From the human T2T-CHM13v2.0 reference genome, Homo sapiens: a DNA stretch of 64,000 nt. Location: NCBI RefSeq assembly GCF_009914755.1, contig NC_060930.1, one strand, 5' to 3'. Both the position numbers and the translations under genes were made by a program. Of the stretch, positions 1 through 12,694 are shown one piece after another (the first letter of the stretch is position 1; each line of letters opens with the position of its first letter). The notes beneath the pieces were generated by a model. It was given only the letters and a program-made list of their open reading frames with translations. It was not told the DNA's origin and ran no database searches.

Positions 1-2262
1 TATCACTTCTAATTACACTTTTCTCTTTCTCTCCAATGGGATTGTAAATATACACTCTCTGACGGCACCCCTTTGCTGTTCTATTAGGTAGTCTTGATGT
101 GATTGGTTTAATGTTATCTTTCCCCCCCAGATATGTGTATAATGGGTGGTGGTGTCATGAAGTACAGTTAACCAAATACAAGCACTTCTTTCATATTTTC
201 TCTGGGTAGTGTGAAGAATTTGCATTGCACCCTGCCTCCTTCCTCTTTTCTAATTTCAATTCCCAAACATTATAATACAAACAATGTTTTAGCTCTTATT
301 TTGGGTCTCATGACTGCAAAAACAAAAAAAAATACTACCTGATATACTGAGAAAGAATATATTTAACTCTATATTTGGAGCACTTGATAAAAAGAGGAGG
401 AAGAAAATCAATTTTGGGCTTGATGTTTATAAGAAGAAATGTTTCATAAGAAGTGTGTTCTATTTGGAATTTACTGACTTGCATAAATACTTTTCATTTT
501 GCAAATGAGTTAAGTAGAAGATTCATTTAAATAGCAGCTTCCTGAGATTATATTGACTATCAACTATTTGATATATAATGAAAAGGAAATTTGGGAAATA
601 AAGATTACTGATCATTGAAAGGAATTTGGAATGGAGAAATGTAATCTGAAATTATAATGTAATTCAGTAGATGACTATGGTTTAATTTGAAAACCTGAAT
701 GTACATCACAAATGTGTGTATTATCAAAGGAAGACAGTCCTATAAAGTTCTAAGCCACACAGTACTAACTCCCTGTTGTTGTTCCTTTTGCAAATAAATA
801 CAGAAAGGGATTTGGCCAAATGAGATCATGAAATAGGTGAACAGGTCTGCAAAATATTCAAACAGGCTAATGCAGAGAGATTTATCAGACATAAAATATG
901 GAACTTTGAAGGGATGTGGGTAGGGATCGATTAATGGTTAAATTTAAAATAGAAAAGTTGCTTTTATGAGGTTCAATAACTCAATAATGACAAGACTGAG
1001 AGAATATATTACAAGTTATCAAAAAGAATAAAATATTTAAGTCACTGTGTCATGAAGACTGACACGTTCTGATCTTCACAAGAAACAAAAGCAATACATA
1101 GATATAGCAACATTTATTTTAAAATATTTTACTGTTAATATTCTAATTCTTCACTACTGATATTCTAATCCATAGAGTATGTTCAGGATAGACTTACATA
1201 ATAAATTAATTAGACATATAATAATTAGACTAGAGAAACAATGACACTTTTTATTGCCTTTGTTTGCCCAGAAAAATAAAATAACAGTTGTTTTATGGGA
1301 AATAAATAAGTATCTGTGTATGAAAAGCAAAGTGCATTTATCTTCTCTGTGTAATGGCTCTTTGCAAAAGATAAAGAAAATGCATGATTAAATGAGATTA
1401 ATTACTTCAACAAAATTGGGTGAGGTTTTTAGTTTCAAACTTGGCCTTTGTTTTTAGGTGGCAGTTAGAAGTTCGCTAGATGATGAATTTCCAACCTCAT
1501 TAGTCAATGTTCAAAAATCCTTGGGAATTAGTTCATTATCTCAGAGATGAATAATGTTTAGTGAATTTCTTAGTCCATTCGATTGTTTTTAAGAGTAACT
1601 CACAAGATTCAAAATTGTCTAATGCGATTTTGCTTTTATTTTTCCTTCCCTCCCTCACCCTTGGATGTGCACACTTCAGCAGATGCAAACACTGGCCTTT
1701 GGAAATGCTTCTTACCATATGCTTGTTAGGTCTGTCCTAAATACAGTAACCTATGTAGAACACAAACTACAAAAAAAAAAAAAAAAAGAAAAGCAAATAA
1801 CCAGATGGCTTTGTGGTACCCTGTCATCCTAATTGACTCACAGTGATGACTCGTTCCTTCATGGGAAACATTTTAAAAGGACTTCGAAATTGTTCAAGAA
1901 AGAGGAAATTTTGTGCAATATAGTTTTAGTGTTAAGTGTATTTTAGGACATTTTTCCCCTAAAAATTGGTATTTATGGTAAGTTTCTATTAATCAGCCTA
2001 TTTGATTAGCAGGAATAGCCACAGTATGTGAGATAGCTATGTGTTTCCATGTAGTTTACTACATAGCATTTTTTTTTTCAATCACAATTTAAAGTATCAA
2101 ATCTTTGCTCTTTTGTAACTTGACTCTGAGCAGGAACTACTGATATGTTATGTAGTTATAATACTATTCTTTAATCCTAGATTTGGAAATCTCTGTCTAC
2201 GTGTATGAAAGGAGGGAAGCAGCTATAAATTAGAAAGGAGATAGGAAAGTGAAGATATTTAC

Positions 2263-2359
2263 TAGACTCTGCCTTTGCTTGCAGTTCTCTGGCTTGATTG
2301 AGGAGGTTCTCACTTTCATCTTTATGGTAAATGATTTGAGTATCAATCCCACTCACCGC
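2263..2359 (-). CDS. LAMA4: LAMA4 exon 16 (97 nt, phase 0-1): AVSGIDTQIIYHKDESENLLNQARELQAKAES, coiled coil
   Basis: Acceptor TAG (AG at 2361-2360), donor GTAAAT at 2262; frame continues from exon 15; missed by the ORF track. Confidence 0.96.
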
Positions 2360-2976
2360 CTACAAAGGAATTGAGAGAAGAGGGTAAAAATGACAGCAGA
2401 AGAAATCAGCTATTCATAGTTGAAGGATTTAAATGACACAGTTTATCTGCTAAACACCAAGCAAAATGCATTTAGCTTTATTTTCACAGCTTAAAATTAA
2501 GGTCAAATATGTGACCATGAGGAAGTAATGCCTTTGGCATTTTCAAGGTAATGTTTTTTTGGGAAAGATTCAGTGAACCTAGAACAAAGCCCTGGCCAAG
2601 GCCCCACCAAAGTGCTTGCCACATAGAAGCCACACAATAAATAATTTTGAGTTGAAAAAAATATAAATGAATGCATAAAGTATCTTCTCTATCAGCAAGA
2701 ACTAATTTTAAATACATATTTTTTTTTTCAGGGACTTTGGCTAAAAAAATAAACTGTCAAAGGAACTGGCATTTGCTGACTGGACTACAGCACATCTCGA
2801 AGAATCTGCAGACTGAAACCTTCAAGGCATTCATGAAATGGTCTTCCCTTAGTTCCCCTGCCTTTTCCACTCTTTCTGCCATTTGGATTTCACACTGGAA
2901 GTTCAAGAGATGACATCAGAAAACAGAAAAGCCAGTGGGAAAGGCAAGGTATAAAGAACTTTCAGGGAATACTCAC

Positions 2977-3118
2977 ATCATAAATTCGGTCAGTGGTGTT
3001 CAAAGCAAATTCTGCTGTTTCATTGGCTTCACTAACATAATTAACAATATTTTCATAGACATTTGATGCATCCAAAGCCTTCTGTACCAGCCCGTTCATA
3101 TCTGAACTGTGCAACTTC
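2977..3118 (-). CDS. LAMA4: LAMA4 exon 15 (142 nt, phase 2-0): (R)KLHSSDMNGLVQKALDASNVYENIVNYVSEANETAEFALNTTDRIYD
   Basis: Acceptor CAG (AG at 3120-3119), donor GTGAGT at 2976-2971; open frame. Confidence 0.96.
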
Positions 3119-5950
3119 CTGTTAATAAACAAACATTGTTATTTCTCCTTCTTACCTTCTTGGGGAATGGGGCCATGTTTAATGCTTGCTTTTTAAATAC
3201 TTCTAGGATCACAGATGCTTCCTTCCTGTTATTCAAAGTCACCTAGTGTGGCAAGGTTTTCTTGAGGGTCACACCTCCTCTGCATTCTTCTGTCTTTGCT
3301 GAACAGCATTTTGGTTCTCTGACAGCTGCCTGTCTGGCAGTAGCAGCAGGAAAAGGGAATGACGATTTAAAAACAGCCCTCTGCACTTCTTCTTGCAGGA
3401 GTTTGTTTATGTGATGGAAGTCAGGCAGAGGAATGAACCATTATGATGACTACCTAGTGCTTATCCAAATCAGCATTGTTATTTCCTTTCTGTAGAGGAA
3501 GCCAAGGCTCTAGGAGAGTATGCAGAGCTTGGCCAGGGCACGTATTGTCAAGGTTTGTTTCACTCCTGAGGCCTGGCTGCATCCTGGGCCTCAGGAGTGA
3601 GACAGCCCCAGCCCTTCCTCAGCACACAGCCCCACCTCAGCCCACCCTCACCCCTGCCCTTTCACACGATAGTCTCTGCCTTTGCCCCTCTCTGGCCTGT
3701 GTAAGGTTCATCCAACATTTACTGAGTACCCATCACACAGGGTACTTGCACACTTGCACACAGGGGCTAATAATGTGAGATATAACAGGAATAAAATATA
3801 GAAATGCTTGGTATACCATGCCTGGCATCTGCTAATCGTCAGGGTTTATTATTATACCTACACCATTTCCTGAATTGGGATTTTAAAACTCTATGTGTAC
3901 CCGCATAATTTATTTTATTGACAAATACTTCTACTGCCTCTGTAATATAAACTCTAACCTCCACTTCCGCAGTTCGTCTAAATCCTTTGTCTTAATTTTA
4001 TTCAGTCTTAAATCCACCAATTCCTTATTTTTTTTTCTCAGTCCCAAACATCGATGATTAGTATCATCACCTCATTTGTCAGTAACTTCCAGAAGGTCCT
4101 CCGTGACCCAGTATATGACATTGCAGATCCCACACTGGCTCCTGTCTTCAAACCGCCTGACCTGTTGAGCTCGGTAATTGTTCCTCAATCTCCAGCATCC
4201 AGTTCCAGTCCCTGTGTGCTCCCTTAGAGGGACTTTCTCTATATTTCTTTGGCTACTTCCCTCTCTGTTAACCAAGTCTATAATCATTCTACCCCCTCTA
4301 CAAAAGGGCTGACTCATCCATTAGGCACAGCGTTTTCATTTTTTTTTCAATCAGAAGGAAAAAATGAGGATAACAATAATAATGGTATTAATCTTTATAC
4401 CAATGCAGACATGAAATAAAGGTTTTACTTTTTCTATGGAGAAAGGAACCCACCAAGGCAAAAGTGTCTAGGGCCTATAGAAGTCATGGGGCTCTGCTCT
4501 ACAGAGGGGAGTCTAATCTAAATACTCACTACCTGTTCCTCCCCACAACCCCTTCTGAGAAAATGGCCTCAGATAGCAAAATCTGGGGAAGGCAGACAAG
4601 AAAACATTTTTTAAAAAAGGGACAAAAGAAACAAAATGTTACAAATATTTATTAATATTTTAAAATTTTGCTGGCGAGAGTGGTAAGATGTACCAAAGAT
4701 CATGAAACAAAGCCTTTATTACTTTGCTTTTAATACTAGGCACAGAACAAGTACTAACTCAGTATTCAAATTAAACATGTGCTATTGAAATGGAAGCTTC
4801 TTAATGAATTTTGTTTATCTTTGTTCGAGCATAGCACGTAAATCATTGTGTACACCAGACAGATATGGAAGGATACTCACCTTTTGAATGAAGATGTCTC
4901 TAAGTTGAAATGCTTTCATGAATATATAGTCAGAAATATTCTAAATACAAAAGGACTTGAGGGTGATTGATATTTTGGATCATGTTTCACGTAAAGCATG
5001 TAGTAACTGTCTTAGAATCATGCTGGAACACTGTTTGTTGCAGAGTGGCATTATACACAGAAGTTATATTTTGGAATCCCAATGAATGGGATGTAGGTAC
5101 AAAATGACAAAAGAATAATGAAGAGAGCCATAAGATGGATCTCAAAAACAACATTCTGCTAATATAGTATATTATCAAAATAGTGTTTTTTCTAAGCTCC
5201 ATTTTATTGCCTTCATCAAAAGCTCATGTTTCTAGGGCCATGATACCGAGCGGGATATGGCACTGTCTCACCCACTGACACACCAAGATTTTATATGACC
5301 TCTCTCTTTCTTTTCTTCTCTCTTCGTAGGAGATTTGGAAGAGTGTTTGAAAATTTTGGCAATCAAGAATAAGAAGGTGATTTATATTTTGAACAGAAGT
5401 TAATATTGGTTCTTATTTTATTAATGACCTTTACTGGTCCTTTTTTCCTAGTCTTTCTCTATAATGATCTCATTATTTGCCTATTATTTCAGGGTCATGA
5501 ATTCAATTCTGATCTTTCAGTACTTTTCAGTTAACATTAATTGAGTGTCCAAGAGGTGTGTGATTCTATTCTAGGTGCTGGGAGGAAAATTGCCAATTGA
5601 TTTTCTCTTAACAGGTGTTGAAATCAAATAGTTCCTGCTGGGCACTGTGGAGTATTTATCAGAAGTCAGTTATATTGCCAATTCCCGACCAGTTTTACTT
5701 AAGACACTTGGGTGTGGAAAGATAATGCTGTCTATGAAATAAATAGGTAATGTTAGAATTAGACCTTCTAAAGGGATCTGATTTATTTGACAATGTTTTA
5801 TACATTGTCTTTGGTCATCCTACTAAAAATTGTGGAACAGACACCCCCCTCTTCCCGGAACACAGACCTTTAATATGACAGATTTTTTTTAAATAAAAAA
5901 GACCAGCTCCCCCAAACAATTGCAATGAACAATGATGGACTCTCAGATGG

Positions 5951-6007
5951 AACAACCAACCAACCAACCAACCAACCAAGCAACCAAGGAACCAACCAAC
6001 CAACCAA
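5951..6007. repeat. (AACC)n imperfect microsatellite
   Basis: Direct inspection. Confidence 0.9.
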
Positions 6008-6143
6008 CATATCAACACATAAGCATACCCAACCTTAATCAACCTGGTAAAATTGTATCCCAGTAGTTCTGACATATGGAATTGAATAGTAATATTTTAT
6101 TCACCCCATGTAGATATTTGCATTTCTAAAACCAGGATATTAC

Positions 6144-6292
6144 CTGCTCAATTCATTAGCTTCTTGTTGAAGGTCCTGTGCATGGTCAATAGCTTCTTGG
6201 ACTAAATCATGGCTGAGGTTACTTAGGTTAGATAGTTTTACTTGTAGTTCACTTTTGGCTCCATCTATTTCTGCATAAATCCCTGACGCATT
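6144..6292 (-). CDS. LAMA4: LAMA4 exon 14 (149 nt, phase 0-2): NASGIYAEIDGAKSELQVKLSNLSNLSHDLVQEAIDHAQDLQQEANELS
   Basis: Acceptor TTTTTCTTTAG, donor AG|GTAATA at 6143; open frame. Confidence 0.96.
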
Positions 6293-7789
6293 CTAAAGAA
6301 AAAAATTTTAATAAATACATTGAATTTAGAAGAACTTAAAACATTTTTCCTAGGCACCAAAAGATAATCTCTGTTCTTTCTTATTATGAAGGTCAGTAAA
6401 TTTCAGTGCAGGACCACATAAGTCTAAAATACTGTAAGTATATGTCTATTTATCCCGCATTGCCAGCTCTTTCTTCTGTATTGATTGCTTCCCTAGCTAG
6501 CATTCACAACCCAGAAATGCTCTACCATTTCAGACCTAAAAACTAAAACTAAACTAAAACCTTCAATTATCCACACATGTCCCTAATGTTACTACAATAC
6601 TTTTCTGCTCTCTTCATAGCAACATATTTCAAAAAATGGAAGTTGTTTATATATGTTGTCTCTATTTTCTCTCACTTTATATTTCCTATTTTGACCTAGT
6701 CCTGTCTGATTTCTACTCCATTACTCTACCAAAAGAGAAGTTAACTTAATTACATCTAAGTTACTAAATCTAATGGACATCATTCAGTTTTCATCTGACC
6801 TTTCAGTTACCTTTCAGGTGACTGACTACTTCCTAAAAATCACCTTGTAACACAGGCTCTCTTGGTTTTTAATACAACCACAGACCTACGATTTTGCTTA
6901 AAGATCGTGCAACTGTGTAGACGGATGTTCCTGCAAACCCGTGAGTTTCAGCCTTGGCTGGCCCCTCAATGCTGCAAAGAGATTTGTTCTCCTAGTCACC
7001 CAAATAGTGATTCTAAACATTGTCATGATTCCTAAGCCAACATTTCCTTCACCCACCCCCATCTGATTGTAAACAGATCACTTTATTTTCTTTTTTATTT
7101 GGAGGTCATAAACTGTTAGTGGGGGACACTTCTTCCACACTTCTGATGTCTCCTTTATATGCAGGGAGCACAGTGAGTGAAACTCCAGACCTCTCTACCC
7201 CTTTCCTCACTCTACTCCTGTGAGAGGGGAGTGGTTGATTTTGTGGGTAAATTTGGGAAGAATAACTCTATAGGCTCTGCTCAACTCCACCCTTCTTTGT
7301 CCTGGGAGCAAGCTGCCAGCAGAAAGCCTGAGTTTTCCTGTGTTCCTCCATGTTAAAACTATTCTGGGCAGAACCCCCATCTAAGCCTTACGGTGTTGCC
7401 TGTCTGGGTGGGCACAGCTGCTTAATACTGGGACTGAATGTCAGCTACCCCACTTGGCTAAGAGACCTAAAGCCATGCCTGCTGCTTAGCTGCTTCAGAA
7501 ATAAGGCAACCTCCTTGGTCTCTGTATTTACTATTTTATTTATGTTTCCACCTGTTTAGAACTTGGGTTCTGGAAAGGGTCACTATTTATTGGTTAACTC
7601 CCTCAGAGACTCCAAAACCAATGAACAGGTATTTCCCCAGCTTTTTGCAACCAGCCCCCAGCCCTTCCCCGCAAACTCTATAGATGTATTTATAGCTACA
7701 CCTACACAAAAATTTCTCTCCAATTTTAAGAGGAAAATGTTCATTTTCTGTATAAAGCATGCTGCCCCATTGTCTTGGTAACCCCGTTA

Positions 7790-8780
7790 TTCATTCTTGC
7801 TTTCTAGCTACTGACTCTTCTCAGATATAAACATGCTCAAGTATCTCCCGTCAAAAAACAAAACAAACAAACAAACAAACAAAAAACCTTATTCTTTCAC
7901 TTTAGGCTCCCTTCTAGCTTTTTCTCTTGCTTTGACACAGTGCACTTTACAGAAATGTTTCTTGCCAAGATCACCAACACCTGGCCCCAAATCTCCAGAT
8001 CCACTTGACATTTTCCCATCCTTATTTACTGGACCCATCTGTGGTTTGCTACAGTGTTGGCCACTGTCTTTGCTTAAAACTCTTTTCTTTTCCTAGCTTC
8101 TGTGACTATGCTATCTCCTGGGTCTCCTCTTTCCCTGACCAAGAAAGAGACCGTGAAACTTGGCATTTGACTCCCAGCCCTTTCCTCTCCCCTGAGTGAT
8201 CTCACTTCTTTCTCTGAGGGCAGTCTTTGAGTATTCTAATCCATTCTCCACTGTCTTGCAGGAAAGGTAATCTTCCTATTAAGAAAATCTGACCATGTTA
8301 TTTCCCTTCTCAGAATCAGCCAGTTGCTTTGCAGGAATGAGTCCAATTTCTAAGCATGACATCATCAGCTGACCGCTCTTCTCTCACCAATTTCATCAAT
8401 TCTCATGACCCCCAACCTGCTATATCCCATGGTCTAATCTTGACCAACTGGTTGTTGTTTTAATGCTCCACAATTTTTTCTGGTCTCTTACCTCTGCAAA
8501 TATTTTCCCTTTCTGGAATAATTTTCCTTTATTTTCTGTCTAATCTACCTGGAAAGCTCTACTCCTCCTTTCAAATTCAGCTCAAATATCACTTCCTTTT
8601 TGAGGCCATCCCTAACCTCCTCAGGATGAGTTAAGTGTTGCCATGTGTTTTTATTATTCATTCATGTGTCAAATGATTGTAATAATTTTAAGTGATTATT
8701 TAACTCATCACATCATACAATCCTAGGAGGCAGGAACTGAGTTTAACTTATTTTTGTAATCCCAGAATGTAGCACAAAGG
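7790..8780 (+). mobile_element. L2 LINE remnant
   Basis: Degenerate L2 3' region motifs (ctcaaatatcacttcc, aggcaggaact...tttgtaatcccag); boundaries approximate. Confidence 0.6.
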
Positions 8781-9604
8781 GTTTGTAGTACAAAGGGTTT
8801 ACTTTTATGGAGGCAGTATTAAACCTCTAGCCATTTTGGTTGGTCATCTGGGGAACAATACTTTGAAAAAAATGTTTTTAATTGTATAAGTGGAAAATAG
8901 ACCATGGACATACCACTTTTACTCATTCATTCCATCAACAAATATTCCCTGTGTGCTCATTATGGACCAGGAACTCTTCTGGGGGTAGAATACCTTTGAA
9001 CACAGTCTCCACTTTCAAGGAATTTACAGTTTAGTGGGAGAGATACAGGTAATAAACAAGTGATCAAACAAGCAAACAAGCTAATTTCAGGGAGTAAAAG
9101 ATATTTTGAATAACATATGACAGGTGGGGTGGGATGAGGAGTGAGTGGGGTAAGGGGTTCATTTGGATGTCAGGGTCATAAGGACACCAGCCATTTGAAG
9201 ATCTGAGGGCAGCAGGTGCAGAAATCCTGAGGCAGGAAATAAGTATGGTATATTTGAAAAATAGAGAGGAGTTTGTTGGGCTGGAGTGCAGTGAGTGAGA
9301 AAAGAGTTGGGTATGTGGTCAGAAAAGTGGGTCTGAGCTGGGTCATGTAGGGTCTCATGGGCCATGACAAAATGAGCTTGTTTCTTACTTTAAGTGCCAC
9401 TGGGGAGTGTCTATAGTAGAAATAATGTTGGTTATGTTTTTAAAGGATTATTCTGCTACTGCATAAAGAATATGTCTTGAAGGACAAGAGTGGAGACAGT
9501 TGGATCAGCTAGGAGGCTCTGGTGGCAATTTAAACTGTAGATGAGGTGACTTGGACCAAAGAGCAGCAGTAGAGACAAGGAAAGTGGTCAGAAATCAAGA
9601 TTCA

Positions 9605-9939
<335 letters not shown>

Positions 9940-10311
9940 TCAAGATTCATTTTAGAGATAAGGAGAAAGGAGAAAGCAGTAGTGACTCTGGAGTTTTGAT
10001 TTGAGCAATTGGGTTGTGCCATTTATTGAGATGGAGAAGACTGGGGAAGGAGTGGGTTTTATTTAAGACATGTCAAGTTTGATATGTCTATTATTAATAC
10101 ATCATAGATGAGACTGTGACTTTATTACAATCGTACTGAGTTCTGACTTGAAAATGTCAAGTTAGCACTCGGATATAGGAGTTTGGAACTCCGTGGAGGT
10201 GTCATAGCTGGAGGTATAATTGTGTATTCATTGGTGTGTAATTGTTCTTTAAAGCCAAGGGAGTCAATGAGATCAGCTAGGGAGAGAGTATAGGTAGAAA
10301 AGAAGGCCTAG

Positions 10312-10698
<387 letters not shown>

Positions 10699-10926
10699 AA
10701 AGCCTGTTGAGCTGAGAATATATCTTACATATTTAAACGGTTGTAAAAAAAAATTAAAAACAAACAAAACCCAGAAAAAAATAAGAGACAGTGGTTGTAC
10801 GTGGCCTGCAGAGCCTAAAATATTGACCACTTAGAGGGTGTGCAGAGGCGAGGCTAGCAAAGGGGGCTGGGAAGAAACCGCTAGCCAGGGTAGAGGCCAT
10901 GAGCGGTACCAGAGCAGCCAGGACAA

Positions 10927-10945
10927 GGGCGCCACCTGGTGTTTA
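10927..10945 (-). promoter_or_regulatory. CTCF-like motif
   Basis: Minus strand TAAACACCAGGTGGCGCCC vs consensus TGGCCACCAGGKGGCGCTA. Confidence 0.6.
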
Positions 10946-12207
10946 GAGGAGGGAGGGCTGAGAAAGCCCGGGAGAGACAGGCGGGTCGCTGGTGACCTGG
11001 ACAGGAACAGTCTCAGTGAAGGGGATGGAACCCCCTTCAGAAACGGCCGAGTATAGGGGACAGTGGGAGTCTGGGAGGTAGAAACAGCAATGATAAGTCA
11101 CTCGAGACATTTTGCTGTGAAGCTGAGCAGAATGGTAGGGCAGAAGTTAGAGGGGATGCAAGCTTTATAAAAGATTTTTTTACAGGGCTTTTTTCTTTTT
11201 GATATTTAAAAGATAGGAGATAGTACAGCACGTTTGTACGCTGATGGTAATGATTAAGTAAAGAATGAGAACGGGATGATTCAGAAGAAAGGGCATAACT
11301 TGAGGAGTGAAACCCTGCAACCTGTTTTCAAGGCCGGGCAGGAGAAGGAATGCTTACAACGGAGGGGAGGCAGAGGTGTGGACACAGATGCAGGCGGGCC
11401 GGCGGATCTGGGGAGGAAGGATGAAGGGAGTTCTCTTCTCTTTGTTTCTAATTTTTCAGAAAGCAGGAAGCCAAGTCACCAGGCAGAACTGATAGCATGG
11501 GAAGTGGGTTCCCACCAGTCGCATGCAGCTGCTCTGGTATGGCCATGGTGCTGGGGATGAGTCAGAAATCTCAGGTAGGTACAACAGAGGAACAGGCAGA
11601 TATGGTAGTTAAGGGTATTTTGAAAGAATTATTATATTTGATAATTTGAGCTGCTTAAGGAGGGAAGAAAGGACATGAGAGGGGTACGGTAAAAAAGGCA
11701 GGGAGGTCTCCATGTGGCCAGAGAATTACTGGAGTGGGCATTCTAGAATAAGTGAGATAGGAGATGGTGCTCTGGGAGGGAGGTGCTTGAAACTAGGGTT
11801 TGGGAGGAGGTACTGTTACTGAGGACAAGATCTGGGTATGGCCATAGGTGGGAAAACAGAGGTGGACTGGAGGATAAGCTTGCTGGAAAGGGCAAGTTCA
11901 AGGAGCTGGAGGTCAGAGAGTCGGTGACTTCATCCATATGGATTTTGCTGTCACCAAGGAGAGTGATGGGAGTCAGTTTGGAGAGAAAGACAGTTTGGTG
12001 CTGAAATAGTCAAAGGACAATCAAATGACCTTAAAGTGATATCTTTCGAAAGGTAATAAAATGAACTAAGAGTAATTTCATGATAGTTCAGTTCACTGCA
12101 TTTTATTGGAAATTTTCTACTTTTACAAAATGTGACTTTTATTGATTTTGAATGCCAGATTTATCAAACACAACTTTATGAGTGAAGAGTGAGTAGGATG
12201 GATCGAG

Positions 12208-12437
12208 AGCAGCATTTTCAATAGAACTCTCTGCAAGAAGTTCCACTATATTCAGTGGCGCAATGCCTGTTTCTGCACAATGCTTGTGCCACTGAATATA
12301 GTAGCTGCTAGCTATGTGGCTGCTGAGGACTTGAAAAGTGGCTAATGTGACTGAAGAATTAAAATTTTAATTTTATTTAATTTTAAGTAATTTAAATTTA
12401 AGTAGTCATATGTGGCTGGTGGTCATCGTACAGTGCA
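12208..12437 (+). mobile_element. MER3-like hAT-Charlie MITE
   Basis: Matches recalled MER3 (aatagaact..ctgc, gctatgtggc, ttttaattttatttaattttaa); carries an extra internal inverted repeat. Confidence 0.75.
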
Positions 12438-12577
12438 AGAAACTAAAACATTCAGTCATCTGATCTTTATAATGCCTGCTCACTGGTTAGATATGAATTT
12501 ATTATTATTCTGTGACACTGAGCTGCTGTTGTAACCTGCTGGAAATACAAACCTGAACAAGTCACGTGCGTCCTTAC

Positions 12578-12694
12578 CTTTATTATATCATCAAGTTCTG
12601 AAAGAGTTAGACGAGGTGTTGTCAGAGAGTCCGCAGATGTGCTCAGAGACATGTTCACCACTTCCATTTGTTCCCTCACTCTTTCCTGTTGTTT
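12578..12694 (-). CDS. LAMA4: LAMA4 exon 13 (117 nt, phase 0-0): KQQERVREQMEVVNMSLSTSADSLTTPRLTLSELDDIIK
   Basis: Acceptor CTTCCCGCAG, donor AAG|GTAAGG at 12577; overlaps ORF 12467..12679. Confidence 0.97.

Noticed and set aside
1130-1230. Short imperfect tandem duplications (atattctaat x2, acatatata..taattagac x2)
   Set aside because: Ordinary slippage products in AT-rich intron
1451-1468. CTCF-like TTAGGTGGCAG (also the GCAGATGGCAG near 39870 and 58155)
   Set aside because: Only the 3' half matches; the 5' CC core is absent
7150-7600. Possible old LTR remnant
   Set aside because: LTR-like texture, but I cannot assign a family or ends from sequence alone
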